A DNA stretch of 64,000 nt from Octopus sinensis. Taxonomy: Eukaryota. The DNA lies in the NCBI RefSeq assembly GCF_006345805.1, contig NC_043008.1, forward strand, positions 27,280,001 through 27,344,000, given 5' to 3'. The notes beneath the pieces are model-generated. The model was not told the origin of the DNA. It was given only the letters and a program-made list of their open reading frames with translations, and ran no database searches. Both the position numbers and the translations under genes were made by a program. Below, piece after piece: positions 1 through 12,665 of the stretch (position 1 is the first letter of the stretch; every line of letters begins with the position of its first letter).

Positions 1-1375
1 TTCTGTAGCTGTGTATCTATTTATCACAAATACCCGTATTTTTGATGTTGCTTTCTTCGTGTTTTCATATATTTTAATGGTACTAGATGAATATCACTTT
101 ACTAGTTACACATATCAAGGACCAAAATTTCCAACAAATTGACAATAATACATATGTTAGTTTCAAATTTTATTACAAGGCCAGCTATTTCCAGGAAGGC
201 GTTAAAGTGATATGATCGACACCAGTACTCAACTTGTAGTTATTTATTTTATCGATCTCCAAGGAGAAAAGAATCGACCCTGGTGCAATTTGATCTCTGA
301 ACATGAAGACGAACGAAATCCTGCAAAGCATTTTGCCCAGCGTGATAACGATTCAGCTAGTTCGCCGCCTACGCAATATGAACACAAATTGCCATTTCAC
401 ATTATATCCGGTGCCTAATCAGATGATAATGCATATGATACAAATTGGTCGATCATAGATTCACAGCGTCATGTCACTTAGATGTCTACAGAAAATGCGA
501 TATATCTCTTTTGTAAAAGTTTAAAATTCTATTTTAAAATTCTATTTGCTTCTCTAAGTCAAATATCTTAACTCATTCCTTACAGCTGCTAATTTAGTTA
601 TCTTCAACACGTGACTGACTGGTATTTTTTTATATATAACTAAATTGTCATATTAGTATTCTTTTGTAGCTGTAAGCAATTTTCTACAAAATATACGATC
701 TGATTTCTTGTGAAATGAAGATTGTGTTAAATGGCAAGCAAATTCGATTGCAATTAATTTGTCATACTAGGATGTTGTCATATATCGAAAATAATTGTTC
801 TCAACAGCATTGACAATTGGCAAACAAAACTAAACTCTCTCTTGTACTCAATATTTTTACAGTTATTAATTAAACAGATGAAAACATCAAATGTTTCTCT
901 ATATTGTATTTAAAAGATTGAAATGTAACGCCTTTTTCGAAGATATTGATAATGTATCAAATCGCAACATTAAGTGAACCAATTAAGTTTCGAAATATAA
1001 TTAGTAGAGGATGTTATTTCTGCGATACGATGCGGGCTATGCATTCATTGCATCTCATAACCTAAACAGCTGTAAGGTAATGAAGTGCATAACATAACAA
1101 TCTTATTTTCTTTTTTTCGTATGCTGTTGCTCATTCTCATTACCGCTCTATACTCGTCAAACACTTTCTTCTGAAAAATAAGTGTATTGAGTTCTACAGA
1201 TGGTCATTTATTCGATTTGATTTGATTTGATCTAATTTCAGTTCATGAGCTGTGGCCATGCTGGAGAACCGTTATTTGGTGTTGCAACATAATTTTACCT
1301 CACTAATTCTTCTTAGAAATTGATATTTGGTGTTTTAGAGAGTACGATGCCGCTGCCCTCATCTACACTTCCTGC

Positions 1376-1506
1376 TCCGGGTTCAGTCCCACTGCGTGAC
1401 ACCTTGGGCAAGTGTCTTCTACCATAGCCTCGGACCGACCAAAGCCTTGTGAGTGGATTTGTTAGACGGAAACTGAAAGAGGCTCGTCATATATAAGTAT
1501 ATATAA

Positions 1507-1564
<58 letters not shown>

Positions 1565-1722
1565 ATATGTTTGTGTGTCTCTGTTTGTTCCCACAACATC
1601 ACTTGACAACCGATGTTGGTGTGTTTACGTCCCCGTAACTTAGCGGTTCGGCAAAAGAGACCGATAGAATAAGTACTAGGCTTACAAAGAATAAGCCGTG
1701 TGGTCGATTTGCTCGACCAAAG
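1376..1722 (+). mobile_element. SINE (5'-truncated) interrupted by (TA)n
   Basis: B-box-like GGTTCAGTCCC and core CCTTGGGCAAGT. The 3' part recurs at ~16030-16250 (-), ~23100-23225, 35455-35660 and ~53500-53675. Confidence 0.75.
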
Positions 1723-2295
1723 GTGGTACTACACATTAAAATTCGATGTTACGCACAACTCTTGTAATTTTCGGAAGAAAAAGAAACAATAACGTTTCTA
1801 AGTAATGAAAGTTCTTCATACGGACGCGGTTAAAAACTCGTATTACATTGATATGTCATTCATTCGGTCCTTTACTCAATATACACTGTAGGATATCTTT
1901 CAATTTATACGATAAACTTTATAAATTTTAAACTTCAATAGTCACGTAACATAAATAAAGGTATCGATATGAGTTATTCAAATAATTGTTCGTAGAATAA
2001 AATTACCTAGAGTATACTAAATATTTCATATTTAAATTCGATGTAACTTGGATTGGAATTAGGACATGTTAACTCTTGATAAACTTCTAATACATATGTT
2101 GGATATTTTTGGAACGACTTGCCTTATAAACACTTGATATTTAACATTTAAATCCAATGTGAGTATTTATTCTTGGATATGGAGTGAAAATTATTATATA
2201 CTGATAACTTACATTACTTCTTTTTAATATTCTTAGAGCAACTCGACTTATTAACACTGAATATTTCGATTTTAGATATTGCATGCTGATACCTA

Positions 2296-2560
2296 GTGGA
2301 GGCGCGCAGCTTTGTGGTTAGGGTGTCAGCATCATCATCGTAAGATTGTGGTTTCGATTCCTGGACCGGGTGGCGCGTTGTGTTCTTGAACAAAACACTT
2401 CATTTCACATAGCTCCAGTCCATTCAGCTGGCAAAAATGAGTAACGCTGCGATGGACTGGCGTTCCGTCCAGCTGGGGAACATATTCGCCATAGAAATCG
2501 GGAAACCGGGCCCATAAGCCTGGCTAGGCTTTAAAAGGGCGCATTTATTTATCCTTTTTA
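2296..2560 (+). mobile_element. tRNA-derived SINE with target-site duplication
   Basis: A-box-like GCTTTGTGG and B-box GTTTCGATTCC, core TTGAACAAAACACTT. TSD-like atgctgataccta (2283-2295) / atgctggtaccta (2561-2573). Confidence 0.8.
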
Positions 2561-3084
2561 ATGCTGGTACCTAACATTAGATACCAGCCGGCAAAGTGAA
2601 GGCGATGCTTCTCCTCCCAGAGGGTTGCTGTGGCCCCCTTCAATACCCTTTCCTATAATATTCTGAATTATAAAGGGGAAGCGGGGTTGATAAACCGCTT
2701 CCCCACCTTTCCAGCCTCCTCTCTCGTTCCCCCGAGTATCCCCCGATTACTCACCTTACAGAAAGGTCTAACAGTCGTGCATGTACATAATTTCTCTTGG
2801 AAAAGAGAGGGTGGAATTTTCTCTCGTTTTCAATATTTAATTGGCAGAGAGAATATGTTGTTACCAAAAATGTTAAAACTTTACTAACTTGATCGATCTG
2901 TCACCGAACCAGGTTTTAATTTTATTTGATACACACTTTACTATCATTTACATGGAAAATTCCAACCGTAAAACAACCTACACTGTGGAGAAATGACACC
3001 GACTGTCAAAATGCATGTTTCAAAACATTGCACACAATTTTAGCAACAGCCAATGGCTATATGAGTGAGCCATCTTAGGTCCAC

Positions 3085-3775
3085 GTGATGATGCTATCGA
3101 CAAAATCAATTAGGATCTCTTGCAGCTGTTGCCAGGACAAGATCAGTCTTTCAAATCCATCGACGCTGAGTTCCTGGAATCTATACACCCATCTGGGATG
3201 CCACCGCACAACTTACTACTTAAAAAGGGGACTTCAATCATTCCACTTAGGAATATGGATCCACCTCACCTGTGCAATGGCACCAGACTGGTGGTGAAAG
3301 TGATGCAATCTCATGTCCAAGAGGCAGCAATTATCACTGGGAAATATAAGAGTGAGAATGTATCATTCCACGGATCCCGTTAATCCCATATGACTTTCCC
3401 TTTGAATTTAAACGACTGCAGTTCCCAGAGAAACTAAGTTTTGCTATGTCGATAATCAAATCTCAATGACAATTTCTCAAGGTTGTTTGACTTAACATTG
3501 CTTCTACTGGGTTCTCTCATGGGCAATTATATATAGGATATTCGTGAGTTGGAATTTATTATTTTTACCCCAATAAAAGGACACACTGAAAACATTGTAC
3601 ATTTAGAAGTTCTACAAAATTATAATGTGATTGATTTCAGGATTTGTTTTAGTAACCTTGCTTATACTCACGCAATCTGATAGAAATTTCCGAAAAAAAA
3701 TTTTTTATCAGAATAAGTATATTTATTTCCTTTAACATTCTTTATACTTCGAGCAGTACCCGATACTTAGGCTAG
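3085..3775 (+). mobile_element. Helitron 3' fragment (PIF1 helicase C-terminus, decayed)
   Basis: EFLESIHPSGMPPHNL.LK.G...LRN....LCNGTRL, then KRLQFP..LSFAMSI.KSQ and FSHGQLY with stops. Ends at CTAG|T near 3772-3776. Confidence 0.85.
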
Positions 3776-3785
3776 TATATATATA

Positions 3786-4236
3786 TCTCAATAATACTAA
3801 GACATTAGAAGATGTTTGTTTGCATCTGAAATAACTACGAAATTGTATATTTTATCTTTGTTCATTTGCATATATATATTGATACTTACTTAAGTCAGTA
3901 CAGTACGAATTTTTGTGATATTTGGATCTCTATTTATTAATAAAAAAGTTTGAACACAATGTGTGTTTATAATTTCTTAACGAAAACTAAAGCATGGCTT
4001 CCGTCATTCGAGCACACATACAGAATACACGCACATATAATGAATGTCATGGCGTGTGAATCAACACGAACCACGTACGCTATCTGTGACTTATACACAC
4101 TGTCTTAGCTCTCACTCTATCACTCTCTAAGTCTTGCTCAAGAACGCAACACGCATCCCGGTCAGGTCCAGGGTTCTAACTCACAACATCACGGTCGTAA
4201 GCTCGACGCTCTAACCACTGAGCCATGCGCCTTCAC

Positions 4237-4279
<43 letters not shown>

Positions 4280-4794
4280 GTATATATTTATATATACACA
4301 CACACACAACAGTGCGAGAGAGAAAGAGAGAGGTAAAAAAGAGAGTGGGAGAGTGAGCGACATTAGTGGTGGTTGAGTAAGAGGAAGAGATAGATTTAAG
4401 GGAAAGGATGGGGGAAACACTATATGAAAGACGAACAATAGTATGAGGTGAAGAAATAAGTGCGGATGTGTAGTGGGTGGAGGAGAATGTGACGAGATAT
4501 GATAAAGAAGAAGCGAGGGAGGAGGTGATCGTTAAGTGTCGTTATTAGACACATTTAAACCATTTGAAACGTATTGAATCAGAGGATCGCACATGAGCTA
4601 GAGATGTAACGAAGAAGGAGGAGGGAGCGTTGCCAGCGGGTAATGACGGTGGTGGTGGTAGTGGAGGTCGTGACGGGAATAATGGTGGTGGTTGAAGAGA
4701 TTGTGTTAGTGGTGATTTTACTCACAATTTTCTTCAAACATTAAATTGATTACTATTAATTGTCTATTTCAAATTAAATAAGTCCAGAATTTAG

Positions 4795-4861
<67 letters not shown>

Positions 4862-4946
4862 GTACATAAGTACCATGAATTCCTCATTCTACAAAGTGAC
4901 AAACAATTCCGTGAATATACCGGGCAACGCTAGGTAGTAAATCTAG
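3786..4946 (+). mobile_element. Non-autonomous Helitron
   Basis: A|TC 5' end (TCTCAATAATA), imperfect GC hairpin ACCGGGCAACGCTAGGT about 8 nt before the CTAG|T 3' end. Contains a SINE head and microsatellites. Confidence 0.55.
4134..4236 (-). mobile_element. tRNA-derived SINE head
   Basis: A box TGGCTCAGTGG and B-box-like GTTAGAACC. Highly similar to 15280-15372. Confidence 0.75.
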
Positions 4947-4973
4947 TACACATGTATGTGTGAGTATGCATAT

Positions 4974-5022
<49 letters not shown>

Positions 5023-5109
5023 AAGGGTGAAAAGGAACACACGAGTTGATATATATGAAAAAACAAGTAAAAAATAGAAAATGCTAAAATAATTTTATAG
5101 TGAACATTT

Positions 5110-5147
5110 CAGTACCGGTTTCGGTCATTTTGAGACCTTTTCAACTG
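5110..5147 (-). ncRNA. Minimal type I hammerhead ribozyme (U3-A8 variant)
   Basis: Minus strand reads CAG-UUGAAAA-GGUC-ucaaaau-GACC-GAAA-CCGG-UA/CUG: stem I CAG/CUG, stem II GGUC/GACC, palindromic ACCGGU stem III, GUA cleavage triplet. Confidence 0.85.
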
Positions 5148-5498
5148 TAACGATTAAATAATTAAATTTAGAAAAATTAGAAGAAAAGTTTTTTTAAAAG
5201 AATATTTCTATAGTAGTGTTCAGATTTAAGTGGCATTCTGCCTTCCTCTGACTCCCTTGTTTGCACTTGTGTGTTCGAGGTAGTTGTGAGTTCTTGGTAG
5301 GGTAGTAGAGGGAAGGCTGGTGAGGAAAGGGGGGTGGGAGAATCTGGGAGTGCCCTGATGGTCGTATTTTGAATGGTCAGTGGCGGCTGGCAGTCTCAGT
5401 TCAATTCAGGAGAATATTTATATTGACAGGCTTGTTTATAGAATTAGCGTAGGTGTTATACTAAAAAACATTAGTGACAAACTTAAGGGGTAGGGGGT

Positions 5499-5760
5499 GG
5501 AGAAGAAGAAGAAGAAGAAGAAGAAGAAGAAGAAGAAGAAGGAGAAGGAGAAGATGACGATGATGGTGATGGTGGTGATGATTATGACGACGATGATGAT
5601 GATAACGATGATGATGAAGAAGAAGAAGAAGAAGAAGAAGAAGGAGGAGAAGGAGAAGATGGTGGTGATGATGGTGGCGATGATGATGATGCCGATGATG
5701 ATGATAACGATGATGATGAAGAAGAAGAGGAAGAAGAAAAAGAAGACAAAAAAAAACAGA
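5499..5760. repeat. Compound (GAA)n/(GAT)n tract in the PLE 3' UTR (also ~9916-10188 and ~14346-14615)
   Basis: Directly visible. Two internal subunits, and length varies among the three copies. Confidence 0.95.
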
Positions 5761-5883
5761 GAAGGGAGAATATGAATGGGTGTAAATATAGCTATGAAGG
5801 GGCTGATTAGTAATGGATTCTATGGAGTGTAGTATTTGTGTGTGTATATATATTTTTTTCTTTTATTCTAAAGTTGAGGTATA

Positions 5884-8237
5884 TTAATTGTTTGTCGTAG
5901 ACCCGTTAAGGAGTGGCTTGTATTTTGTAATAAAGAGATTTTCTTTACTTATTCGTTGTCTCGAGGTTGTATCGTCCCTAAATTGGTAGAGGGGGAAAAT
6001 TCTGAAGTTTGGTGTTTTTTTGTTGGCGCAAGTATCTATGTGTTGGCTAAAAGCTATTTTTCTGTTTTGGGGAATTTTTATCTGGGATCTGTGCAGGGCC
6101 ATTCGTTTACGCAAACCATTTTTTGTTTGGCCTATGTACTGCTCTTGACACCCGGAGCAGGTTAGTGAGTATATTAGGTTCTCCGAAGCACATGTGAAGT
6201 TGCTGTTCACTGTAAAACGTTGTCCCTGTTTGAAGGAGAACTCAGAACCCTCGATTAGATAGTCGCATATCCCGCAATTGGGTCTTCCACATTTTTTTAC
6301 TGTCGGCTTCTGTGTTGAAGAGTGAATTCGGGCTTGTGTAAGGAGACTTTTCATGGATCTAGGCTGTCTTTTGCTTTTTATGATCGTGTGTGTTTGGAGG
6401 ATTGTGTTCATTCTGTGGTCTTTTTTTAGGAGGGGTATGTTGTGGAGGATGGTGTCGAAGGCTTCGTTATTGAGAGGGTTGTGTGTGGAGATGTATGGTA
6501 ACGCTTTTGGTTGTAAGTTTTTCTTTGATTTGGGATGTCTCAGTTCCTTGATGTTAAGTTGAAGGGCACGTTGAATGCATTTGTCAATAAGTGAAGGTGG
6601 ATAGTTCCTGGTGATTAGGGTATCTTTTAGTTCTTGTAGTCGTGTGTCTCTGGTGTTTGCGTTAGAGACTATAGTGCATATCCTTTTTGCTAGATTGAAG
6701 GGGATATTCATCCTGGTGTGTCTGGGGTGGCATGAATTGAATGGAAGATATTGCTTAGAGTCTGTAGGCTTATAGTATATGTCTGTTTCTATTATATTAT
6801 TAGCTTTCTTAATGAGGATATCGAGGAAGGGGAGTTGTTGTTGGCTATATTCCATCGTGAATTGGATGTTTACGTCCAGTCCGTTTAAAATTTTCTGGAA
6901 TTCTATGAGTTTTTCTATATTTTTATGCCAAAGGATGAAACAGTCATCTAGATATCTCTTCCAGTTGTTTTCTATGTAGATGGAGAAAGGGCTGCCATAT
7001 CTTTCTAGAACCTTACGATACAGACTGATCTCTAGGTATCCTATGACTAGGTTGGCAAAGGAGGGGGCCATTCGTGTACCCATCGCAGTCCCCGATTTTT
7101 GTCGGTAGAAGTTGTCATTGAAGGCGAAGAATTTATTTTCCAGGATGAATTTAACCCCTTCTATCACAAATTCTTTTTTGATGCGGTGTGGTAGTTCGTT
7201 GGCGTGATTCTCTAGCCAGAATTGGATTGCATCTAGTCCTAGGTTGTGGGGGATATTGGAGTAGAGGTTGACTACATCGAAGGATACCAGTATGGTGTTT
7301 TTGTTTATAGTATTCGGTAGGTGATTGAGCATATCTAAGTCGTCCCTTATATAGCTTTTGACATGTTTGAGGAGTGGTTTTAACAGGGTGTCTAAAAAGT
7401 TACTGAGGTGGTGGGTTTCGCATGCGGGACCTGCTATTATGGGTCTCAATTTGAGGTCATTAGGATTAGGGACTTTAATTATTTTGTCTGTAGCTATCTT
7501 GCATGCGTTGCTTATTTTTTCACTTTTGTGGATCTTAGGTATACCGTAGAATTGGCTAGTTTTACTTGTGAAATTGGTCATATAATCATATTCTTTGTCG
7601 GTTAGCCCTGCTTTGTATGGGTTTAATATGGATTTTAGTTCCCTCATTATTTTTTGTTCACTGTAGTTTTGTGCCTTTTCATAGTATGTTGTGTCTTCCA
7701 GCATAGAAAGTACCAAAGTTATGTAAAATGTCGTATCCATTAAGACAACAGCACTCCCTTTATCGGCCTCTTTGATTGTTATTGTTTTATCTAGTTTTAA
7801 TTTGTTCAACTCAGCCCATTCTTTTTTGCTGAAGTTTGGTTTGTGTTTTTGTTTGTGCATATGTTGATATGGGTAATTTGATATGTGGTCACAGAAATCA
7901 TCAAGTGTTTTATTCTTACCTTTCGAGGGGTGTAGTTACTCCTATTTCTGGCTAACGATTCGTCCTCGTTGTATTTATCGTATAGCTCCTCAGTAAGTCT
8001 TAATTTTCTGCAGAATTCTGCGATGTCTTCTTTCATTTCATTGTAGTTGGGGTGTTGTGGGGTGGGTGTAAACTTGAGTCCTTTGGAAAGTATGTTTATT
8101 TGGTTTGCTGTTAGTTCCTTGTGAGTTAGATTAATAATTTTTATTACTTTTGGTTCCTCCTGCTTGTTTGGTGCTATCTTGTGTCTCTGTGTTTGCGTAT
8201 TGGGTCTAAAAAATGAATGCGGTGGTTGGGACGGTAG
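5884..8237 (-). CDS. PLE RT + GIY-YIG (ORF2, copy 1, 1-nt deletion near 7926)
   Basis: Protein identical to copy 2 over 658 aa. The frame breaks at a G4 run that is G5 in copy 2. Confidence 0.92.
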
Positions 8238-9408
8238 CTAGTATATAGTTGTTCTTTGTTGATTAGGGGTCTCCTGTTGTGATTTATGGTGTGTGTTCTT
8301 GGAGCAGTATTGAGGAGAGCATCCCGATATCCCATATTCGGGTGTGGTGTTCTAGGAGGCCTTCGTTGGTAATCATTGCAAGTGGTGTGGGTTTGTTGTG
8401 CATGGTTGTTTAACCGGTTAATGGGACGAAGATTTCGTTGGTAACTCCTTTGGGTGGGGATGAGGTTGCAGTGTCTATGCTGTGGGTGTTGATTTATCCT
8501 TTCTCTGCTTGAAGTGGGGGTATTCCTGATATTGTATCGCTGGCTGCTTACAGAGTTAGGGTTAGGTCCTGTATTCTTTTTTTGATAGTAGTGAAGGTTC
8601 CGATTTTTAGACAGGTGTGTATCGGTGTTTGGGTGTTGTTTTGGTTTTCTTATTTTCTGGAAAGGGTTGTTGGAGGCGTGCTCTGTTTGAAAGACGGCTT
8701 CATAGTCTGAGAACCAAGTGGCGCTTTTCTCCCAGCGTTGGAGAGATTTTAGTTCTTCTTTTTCACAGTCCTCTTTCCATAGTTTGGAGAACTTCTCTTG
8801 ATCTGGGCCTTGGGTCATTTTGCGAATTTCTTCGTTGATATCTTCATCGGTGGATTTTATTTTATCCTCATTCGTTTGGGCCCTCAATTTCAGAAGTTCT
8901 ATTTCCATTTTCATTTTTTCCAGTGCCATTCTCTCCCTGAGGTGTCTTTGTGTTTCAGGTTCTTCTGTAATAGCTTTGAACTGGAATTTACGTGGAGGAT
9001 TAACGGGGTCCGGTTGAGCCATTTTTCGTATATATCCGCTTTGTTGTTGTTTTGGATCATCTTCCAAAAGGCGAACTTTCTATCTCTGAGTGATTTGTTC
9101 CATTGTGGTATTATGTGGTGTTTCATTTGGTATGTTGTTAGAGTATTGATCCCATATATTGACTCGTTTGGAGGTCCTTTGTTAGCGTTGTTAGAGAAAA
9201 ATGTTCTAATTGTTTCGCATAAGTTTCCAAGGTTTTCGACAATTTCGGAGGTTGTATTTTTCGTATCTGTTTCTTCATTGTTCTCTCGATTGGGTTGAAG
9301 TGTCGAGTCGAATTTGTTCAAAAAAGTTGACAAATTTGTGTTGATTTTCTTGAGTTCTTTCAGTATTTCTTCGTTTATGGAGGTGATTGTGTCTGTTTTT
9401 GTCGGCAT
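8174..9408 (-). CDS. PLE ORF1 (copy 1, 1-nt deletion near 8994)
   Basis: Same ORF, broken at cgtggagg (copy 2 has cgtgggagg). The two-copy consensus is 411 aa. Confidence 0.8.
8207..8213 (-). promoter_or_regulatory. Candidate -1 frameshift slippery heptamer (copy 1)
   Basis: Same T6A motif in the same phase. Confidence 0.6.
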
Positions 9409-9528
9409 TTTCTGTATCTCGTGTGGGTTAATGATATGTATAAGGGTGAAAAGGAACACACGAGTTGATATATATGAAAAAACAAGTAAAAAATAGAAAA
9501 TGCTAAAATAATTTTATAGTGAACATTT

Positions 9529-9566
9529 CAGTACCGGTTTCGGTCATTTTGAGACCTTTTCAACTG
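9529..9566 (-). ncRNA. Minimal type I hammerhead ribozyme (copy 2)
   Basis: Identical 38-nt motif. Confidence 0.85.
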
Positions 9567-10310
9567 TAACGATTAAATAATTAAATTTAGAAAAATTAGA
9601 AGAAAAGTTTTTTTAAAAGAATATTTCTATAGTAGTGTTCAGATTTAAGTGGCATTCTGCCTTTCTCTGACTCCCTTGTTTGCACTTGTGTGTTCGAGGT
9701 AGTTGTGAGTTCTTGGTAGGGTAGTAGAGGGAAGGCTGGTGAGGAAAGGGGGGTGGGAGAATCTGGGAGTGCCCTGATGGTCGTATTTTGAATGGTCAGT
9801 GGCGGCTGGCAGTCTCAGTTCAATTCAGGAGAATATTTATTGACAGGCTTGTTTATAGAATTAGCGTAGGTGTTATACTAAAAAACATTAGTGACAAACT
9901 TAAGGGGTAGGGGGTGGAGAAGAAGAAGAAGAAGAAGAAGAAGAAGAAGGAGAAGGAGAGGAGAAGATGACGATGATGGTGATGGTGGTGATGATGGTGG
10001 CGATGATGATGATGCCGATGATGATGATAACGATGATGATGAAGAAGAAGAAGAAGAGAAGAAGAGAAGAAGAAGGAGAAGGAGAAGATGGTGGTGATGA
10101 TGGTGGCGATGATGATGATGCCGATGATGATGATAACGATGATGATGAAGAAGAAGAGAAGAAGAAAAAGAAGACAAAAAAAAACAGAGAAGGGAGAATA
10201 TGAATGGGTGTAAATATAGCTATGAAGGGGCTGATTAGTAATGGATTCTATGGAGTGTAGTATTGTGTGTGTATATATATTTTTTTCTTTTATTCTAAAG
10301 TTGAGGTATA

Positions 10311-12665
10311 TTAATTGTTTGTCGTAGACCCGTTAAGGAGTGGCTTGTATTTTGTAATAAAGAGATTTTCTTTACTTATTCGTTGTCTCGAGGTTGTATC
10401 GTCCCTAAATTGGTAGAGGGGGAAAATTCTGAAGTTTGGTGTTTTTTTGTTGGCGCAAGTATCTATGTGTTGGCTAAAAGCTATTTTTCTGTTTTGGGGA
10501 ATTTTTATCTGGGATCTGTGCAGGGCCATTCGTTTACGCAAACCATTTTTTGTTTGGCCTATGTACTGCTCTTGACACCCGGAGCAGGTTAGTGAGTATA
10601 TTAGGTTCTCCGAAGCACATGTGAAGTTGCTGTTCACTGTAAAACGTTGTCCCTGTTTGAAGGAGAACTCAGAACCCTCGATTAGATAGTCGCATATCCC
10701 GCAATTGGGTCTTCCACATTTTTTTACTGTCGGCTTCTGTGTTGAAGAGTGAATTCGGGCTTGTGTAAGGAGACTTTTCATGGATCTAGGCTGTCTTTTG
10801 CTTTTTATGATCGTGTGTGTTTGGAGGATTGTGTTCATTCTGTGGTCTTTTTTTAGGAGGGGTATGTTGTGGAGGATGGTGTCGAAGGCTTCGTTATTGA
10901 GAGGGTTGTGTGTGGAGATGTATGGTAACGCTTTTGGTTGTAAGTTTTTCTTTGATTTGGGATGTCTCAGTTCCTTGATGTTAAGTTGAAGGGCACGTTG
11001 AATGCATTTGTCAATAAGTGAAGGTGGATAGTTCCTGGTGATTAGGGTATCTTTTAGTTCTTGTAGTCGTGTGTCTCTGGTGTTTGCGTTAGAGACTATA
11101 GTGCATATCCTTTTTGCTAGATTGAAGGGGATATTCATCCTGGTGTGTCTGGGGTGGCATGAATTGAATGGAAGATATTGCTTAGAGTCTGTAGGCTTAT
11201 AGTATATGTCTGTTTCTATTATATTATTAGCTTTCTTAATGAGGATATCGAGGAAGGGGAGTTGTTGTTGGCTATATTCCATCGTGAATTGGATGTTTAC
11301 GTCCAGTCCGTTTAAAATTTTCTGGAATTCTATGAGTTTTTCTATATTTTTATGCCAAAGGATGAAACAGTCATCTAGATATCTCTTCCAGTTGTTTTCT
11401 ATGTAGATGGAGAAAGGGCTGCCATATCTTTCTAGAACCTTACGATACAGACTGATCTCTAGGTATCCTATGACTAGGTTGGCAAAGGAGGGGGCCATTC
11501 GTGTACCCATCGCAGTCCCCGATTTTTGTCGGTAGAAGTTGTCATTGAAGGCGAAGAATTTATTTTCCAGGATGAATTTAACCCCTTCTATCACAAATTC
11601 TTTTTTGATGCGGTGTGGTAGTTCGTTGGCGTGATTCTCTAGCCAGAATTGGATTGCATCTAGTCCTAGGTTGTGGGGGATATTGGAGTAGAGGTTGACT
11701 ACATCGAAGGATACCAGTATGGTGTTTTTGTTTATAGTATTCGGTAGGTGATTGAGCATATCTAAGTCGTCCCTTATATAGCTTTTGACATGTTTGAGGA
11801 GTGGTTTTAACAGGGTGTCTAAAAAGTTACTGAGGTGGTGGGTTTCGCATGCGGGACCTGCTATTATGGGTCTCAATTTGAGGTCATTAGGATTAGGGAC
11901 TTTAATTATTTTGTCTGTAGCTATCTTGCATGCGTTGCTTATTTTTTCACTTTTGTGGATCTTAGGTATACCGTAGAATTGGCTAGTTTTACTTGTGAAA
12001 TTGGTCATATAATCATATTCTTTGTCGGTTAGCCCTGCTTTGTATGGGTTTAATATGGATTTTAGTTCCCTCATTATTTTTTGTTCACTGTAGTTTTGTG
12101 CCTTTTCATAGTATGTTGTGTCTTCCAGCATAGAAAGTACCAAAGTTATGTAAAATGTCGTATCCATTAAGACAACAGCACTCCCTTTATCGGCCTCTTT
12201 GATTGTTATTGTTTTATCTAGTTTTAATTTGTTCAACTCAGCCCATTCTTTTTTGCTGAAGTTTGGTTTGTGTTTTTGTTTGTGCATATGTTGATATGGG
12301 TAATTTGATATGTGGTCACAGAAATCATCAAGTGTTTTATTCTTACCTTTCGAGGGGGTGTAGTTACTCCTATTTCTGGCTAACGATTCGTCCTCGTTGT
12401 ATTTATCGTATAGCTCCTCAGTAAGTCTTAATTTTCTGCAGAATTCTGCGATGTCTTCTTTCATTTCATTGTAGTTGGGGTGTTGTGGGGTGGGTGTAAA
12501 CTTGAGTCCTTTGGAAAGTATGTTTATTTGGTTTGCTGTTAGTTCCTTGTGAGTTAGATTAATAATTTTTATTACTTTTGGTTCCTCCTGCTTGTTTGGT
12601 GCTATCTTGTGTCTCTGTGTTTGCGTATTGGGTCTAAAAAATGAATGCGGTGGTTGGGACGGTAG
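10311..12665 (-). CDS. PLE reverse transcriptase + GIY-YIG endonuclease (ORF2, copy 2, uninterrupted)
   Basis: Open frame from 12665 to the stop at 10311 (784 codons), first ATG at 12464. Motifs IINLT..LSKGLKFTP (upstream of the ATG), ADKG, FYGIPKIHK, LRPII, SFDVVNLYSNIP, GTAMG, RYLDD, LPFLD, linker CxxxxCxxC, IYSLTCSGC..YIGQT, R..H, E..FI. Confidence 0.95.
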   Translation of the reverse strand, partial: LPSQPPHSFFRPNTQTQRHKIAPNKQEEPKVIKIINLTHKELTANQINILSKGLKFTPTPQHPNYNEMKEDIAEFCRKLRLTEELYDKYNEDESLARNRSNYTPSKGKNKTLDDFCDHISNYPYQHMHKQKHKPNFSKKEWAELNKLKLDKTITIKEADKGSAVVLMDTTFYITLVLSMLEDTTYYEKAQNYSEQKIMRELKSILNPYKAGLTDKEYDYMTNFTSKTSQFYGIPKIHKSEKISNACKIATDKIIKVPNPNDLKLRPIIAGPACETHHLSNFLDTLLKPLLKHVKSYIRDDLDMLNHLPNTINKNTILVSFDVVNLYSNIPHNLGLDAIQFWLENHANELPHRIKKEFVIEGVKFILENKFFAFNDNFYRQKSGTAMGTRMAPSFANLVIGYLEISLYRKVLERYGSPFSIYIENNWKRYLDDCFILWHKNIEKLIEFQKILNGLDVNIQFTMEYSQQQLPFLDILIKKANNIIETDIYYKPTDSKQYLPFNSCHPRHTRMNIPFNLAKRICTIVSNANTRDTRLQELKDTLITRNYPPSLIDKCIQRALQLNIKELRHPKSKKNLQPKALPYISTHNPLNNEAFDTILHNIPLLKKDHRMNTILQTHTIIKSKRQPRSMKSLLTQARIHSSTQKPTVKKCGRPNCGICDYLIEGSEFSFKQGQRFTVNSNFTCASENLIYSLTCSGCQEQYIGQTKNGLRKRMALHRSQIKIPQNRKIAFSQHIDTCANKKTPNFRIFPLYQFRDDTTSRQRISKENLFITKYKPLLNGSTTNN

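Noticed and set aside
5497-5775. Poly-K/M, poly-S and poly-E/D ORFs (also 9878-10203, 14330-14631)
   Set aside because: Translations of trinucleotide repeats. The frame is not conserved between copies.
5956-7605. Short antisense ORFs over the PLE, RTE and Dong ORFs
   Set aside because: Shadow ORFs with no motifs.
10311-10700. Selenocysteine/SECIS recoding as in some Naiad PLEs
   Set aside because: All linker and GIY-YIG cysteines are ordinary codons and there is no in-frame TGA in ORF2.
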